This document shows, piece by piece, positions 62,537 through 64,000 of a stretch of DNA of 64,000 nt. The translations under genes and the position numbers were made by a program. A model generated the notes under the pieces. The model was not told the DNA's origin. It made no database searches and saw only the letters and a program-made list of their open reading frames with translations. Position 1 is the first letter of the stretch. Each line of letters begins with the position of its first letter. Where the stretch lies: assembly GCA_963805085.1 (NCBI GenBank), contig CAWDTA010000002.1, positions 224,001 to 288,000 on the forward strand, in the 5' to 3' direction. This DNA comes from an uncultured Veillonellaceae bacterium (lineage in GTDB: Bacteria; Bacillota; Negativicutes; JARBTT01).

Positions 62537-62788
62537 TTATTTAATTAGTGGATTTGCATATAACATAACGATAGCGATAACTGCTGCGATAATAGGCACA
62601 GCTTCAATTAAACCTACGGAAATAAGAGTGTTAATGAATAATACATTTTTAGCTTCTGGTTGACGAGTTAAACCTTCGATAAATTTTGAAGTTACAAGAC
62701 TGTTACCAATACTTGCACCTACTGCTGCTAATCCAATTGCTAAACCTGCTGCTAATAAAGCTGCTACTACCATAATTGAGTGTTCCAT
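62537..62788 (-). CDS. atpE: ATP synthase Fo c
   Basis: MEHSIMVV...RQPEA...GLIEAVP; true start behind an AGGGGG RBS. Confidence 0.95.
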   Translation of the reverse strand: MEHSIMVVAALLAAGLAIGLAAVGASIGNSLVTSKFIEGLTRQPEAKNVLFINTLISVGLIEAVPIIAAVIAIVMLYANPLIK

Positions 62789-62841
62789 TAATAAAATCCC
62801 CCTTAAAATAAATAAGTTTTTAATTTTTTTGATGATATCAT

Positions 62842-63516
62842 TTAATCGTGGTGATCGTCTTTTACAGCGTTCGCCAAATATGACATAGATAACATCGTGA
62901 ATATAAAGGCTTGAACAACACCAACAAAGATACTGAAAGCAAGCCAAACGACACTAGGCACTGGCATCCAAATTGGCACTAACATCAACAAGATAATAAT
63001 CAATATTTCCCCTGCTAAAATATTACCAAATAGACGAAAGGCAAGAGTAATCGGTTTTGCTACTTCTTCAATGATATTGATGATGACAAATAGGGCAAAC
63101 GGTTGAAAGAAATGTTTGATATAATTCATTCCTTTAAAATAAACGCCCAAGATATGTAACATCAAAACTATCATCAACGCTAAACCAAATGTAGTGTTCA
63201 CATCACTTGTAGGCGATGTGAGGGTTGGTATTAGACCCAACCAATTTGAAATGAGGATAAACAAGAATAAGGAGATAATCAGCGGTGCCAATTTTCTACC
63301 CTTTGGACCCATAGTTGCATCGATCTGATCGAGCAATGCAGACATAATCATCTCAAGCACACTTTGCCAGCCTGTCGGAACTAACTTCAAATTGCGCGTA
63401 GCTATAAAAGCTATAAAGATAACGACTGCCATTGCCAGCCAGGTCATGTACAACGTATCCATGTTGAAGCTGAACCCAGCTATCTGTGCTACGTGATGAG
63501 CACCGATTTCATGCAT
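62842..63516 (-). CDS. atpB: ATP synthase Fo a
   Basis: NWLGLIP, SPTSD, LAFRLFGNILAGE, VQAFIF. Confidence 0.96.
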   Translation of the reverse strand: MHEIGAHHVAQIAGFSFNMDTLYMTWLAMAVVIFIAFIATRNLKLVPTGWQSVLEMIMSALLDQIDATMGPKGRKLAPLIISLFLFILISNWLGLIPTLTSPTSDVNTTFGLALMIVLMLHILGVYFKGMNYIKHFFQPFALFVIINIIEEVAKPITLAFRLFGNILAGEILIIILLMLVPIWMPVPSVVWLAFSIFVGVVQAFIFTMLSMSYLANAVKDDHHD

Positions 63517-63540
63517 ACATACCACTCCCAAGTTATGTAA

Positions 63541-63927
63541 TCATTTTTTATTATTAGCATTACTATTGTAGGCAAATACAATAGCATTTACCATCATGAT
63601 CACAGAAATTAAAAAGAGCCCTATAACAACCGCCCAAAACATCTCTACCGATATGCGGATTGCCATAATTAAGGTTCCAAGAATGAGAAACAGTCTGATT
63701 ACCCAACCAAATTGCATACTCTTTTTTGCTTCGTCTCCACTTAGATCGGCACTCTTTGTTATTCTGTAAGCAATGATAAACCAACAAGCCCCACCAACGA
63801 TACAGCCAGTAATTATAGGCATAACAAGATATGCCTTTCCTAATACATACGCACCAAGGCCACATAAAAGTAAGCTAATTACAGTCTGAGTCAATATACA
63901 CTTCATGCACGCTAATAAATCTTTCAT
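63541..63927 (-). CDS. atpI: ATP synthase protein I
   Basis: Four-TM small protein directly upstream of atpB. Confidence 0.8.
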   Translation of the reverse strand: MKDLLACMKCILTQTVISLLLCGLGAYVLGKAYLVMPIITGCIVGGACWFIIAYRITKSADLSGDEAKKSMQFGWVIRLFLILGTLIMAIRISVEMFWAVVIGLFLISVIMMVNAIVFAYNSNANNKK

Positions 63928-64000
63928 ATTCCTCCTACAAACAGTTTTTCCAAACTATAATAGTAAAGAATACCCTGCCTAAATAAAATGAAATATACCT

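Noticed and set aside
62537-62947. Extended 136-aa c subunit or Na+-coupled ATP synthase
   Set aside because: The extension overlaps atpB and the real RBS/start is at 62788; the c subunit has N...EA rather than the Q...E(S/T) Na+ signature, so it is probably H+-coupled

Overview
AT-rich chromosomal segment, probably from a spore-forming diderm Firmicute (Negativicutes-like: an LPS family-9 glycosyltransferase and a two-partner secretion system occur alongside spoIID, ywmB, murA and the atp operon). Left to right: (1) a sigma54-controlled short-chain acyl-CoA cluster (crotonase, CoA-transferase, acyl-CoA dehydrogenase, CBS/PAS enhancer-binding protein, MaoC hydratase, GntP permease) plus sucCD; (2) a sulfur-amino-acid region (cysK, Rrf2/CymR-like regulator, trans-sulfuration enzyme, patB, pdxK) with a divergent stand-alone NifH-like protein, an amidohydrolase, an IS200 and MITEs; (3) a ~15.5-kb island bracketed by a recoded duplication of the patB 3' end. 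The island carries a cdiB-cdiA-cdiI contact-dependent inhibition locus, a REP-associated tyrosine transposase (RAYT) whose REP/REPIN sites delimit an unannotated orphan toxin-tip/immunity cassette, candidate type I toxin peptides, a candidate sRNA, a Zn-ribbon microprotein and unexplained tandem repeats; (4) a mannose-class PTS with a LevR/ManR activator; (5) spoIID, separated from murA by a sucrose PTS / diguanylate cyclase / BglG / flavin oxidoreductase block; (6) the F1Fo ATP synthase operon. The most intriguing signal is the REP-delimited toxin/immunity cassette downstream of the CDI locus. All family calls are by eye and need HMM/BLAST confirmation.
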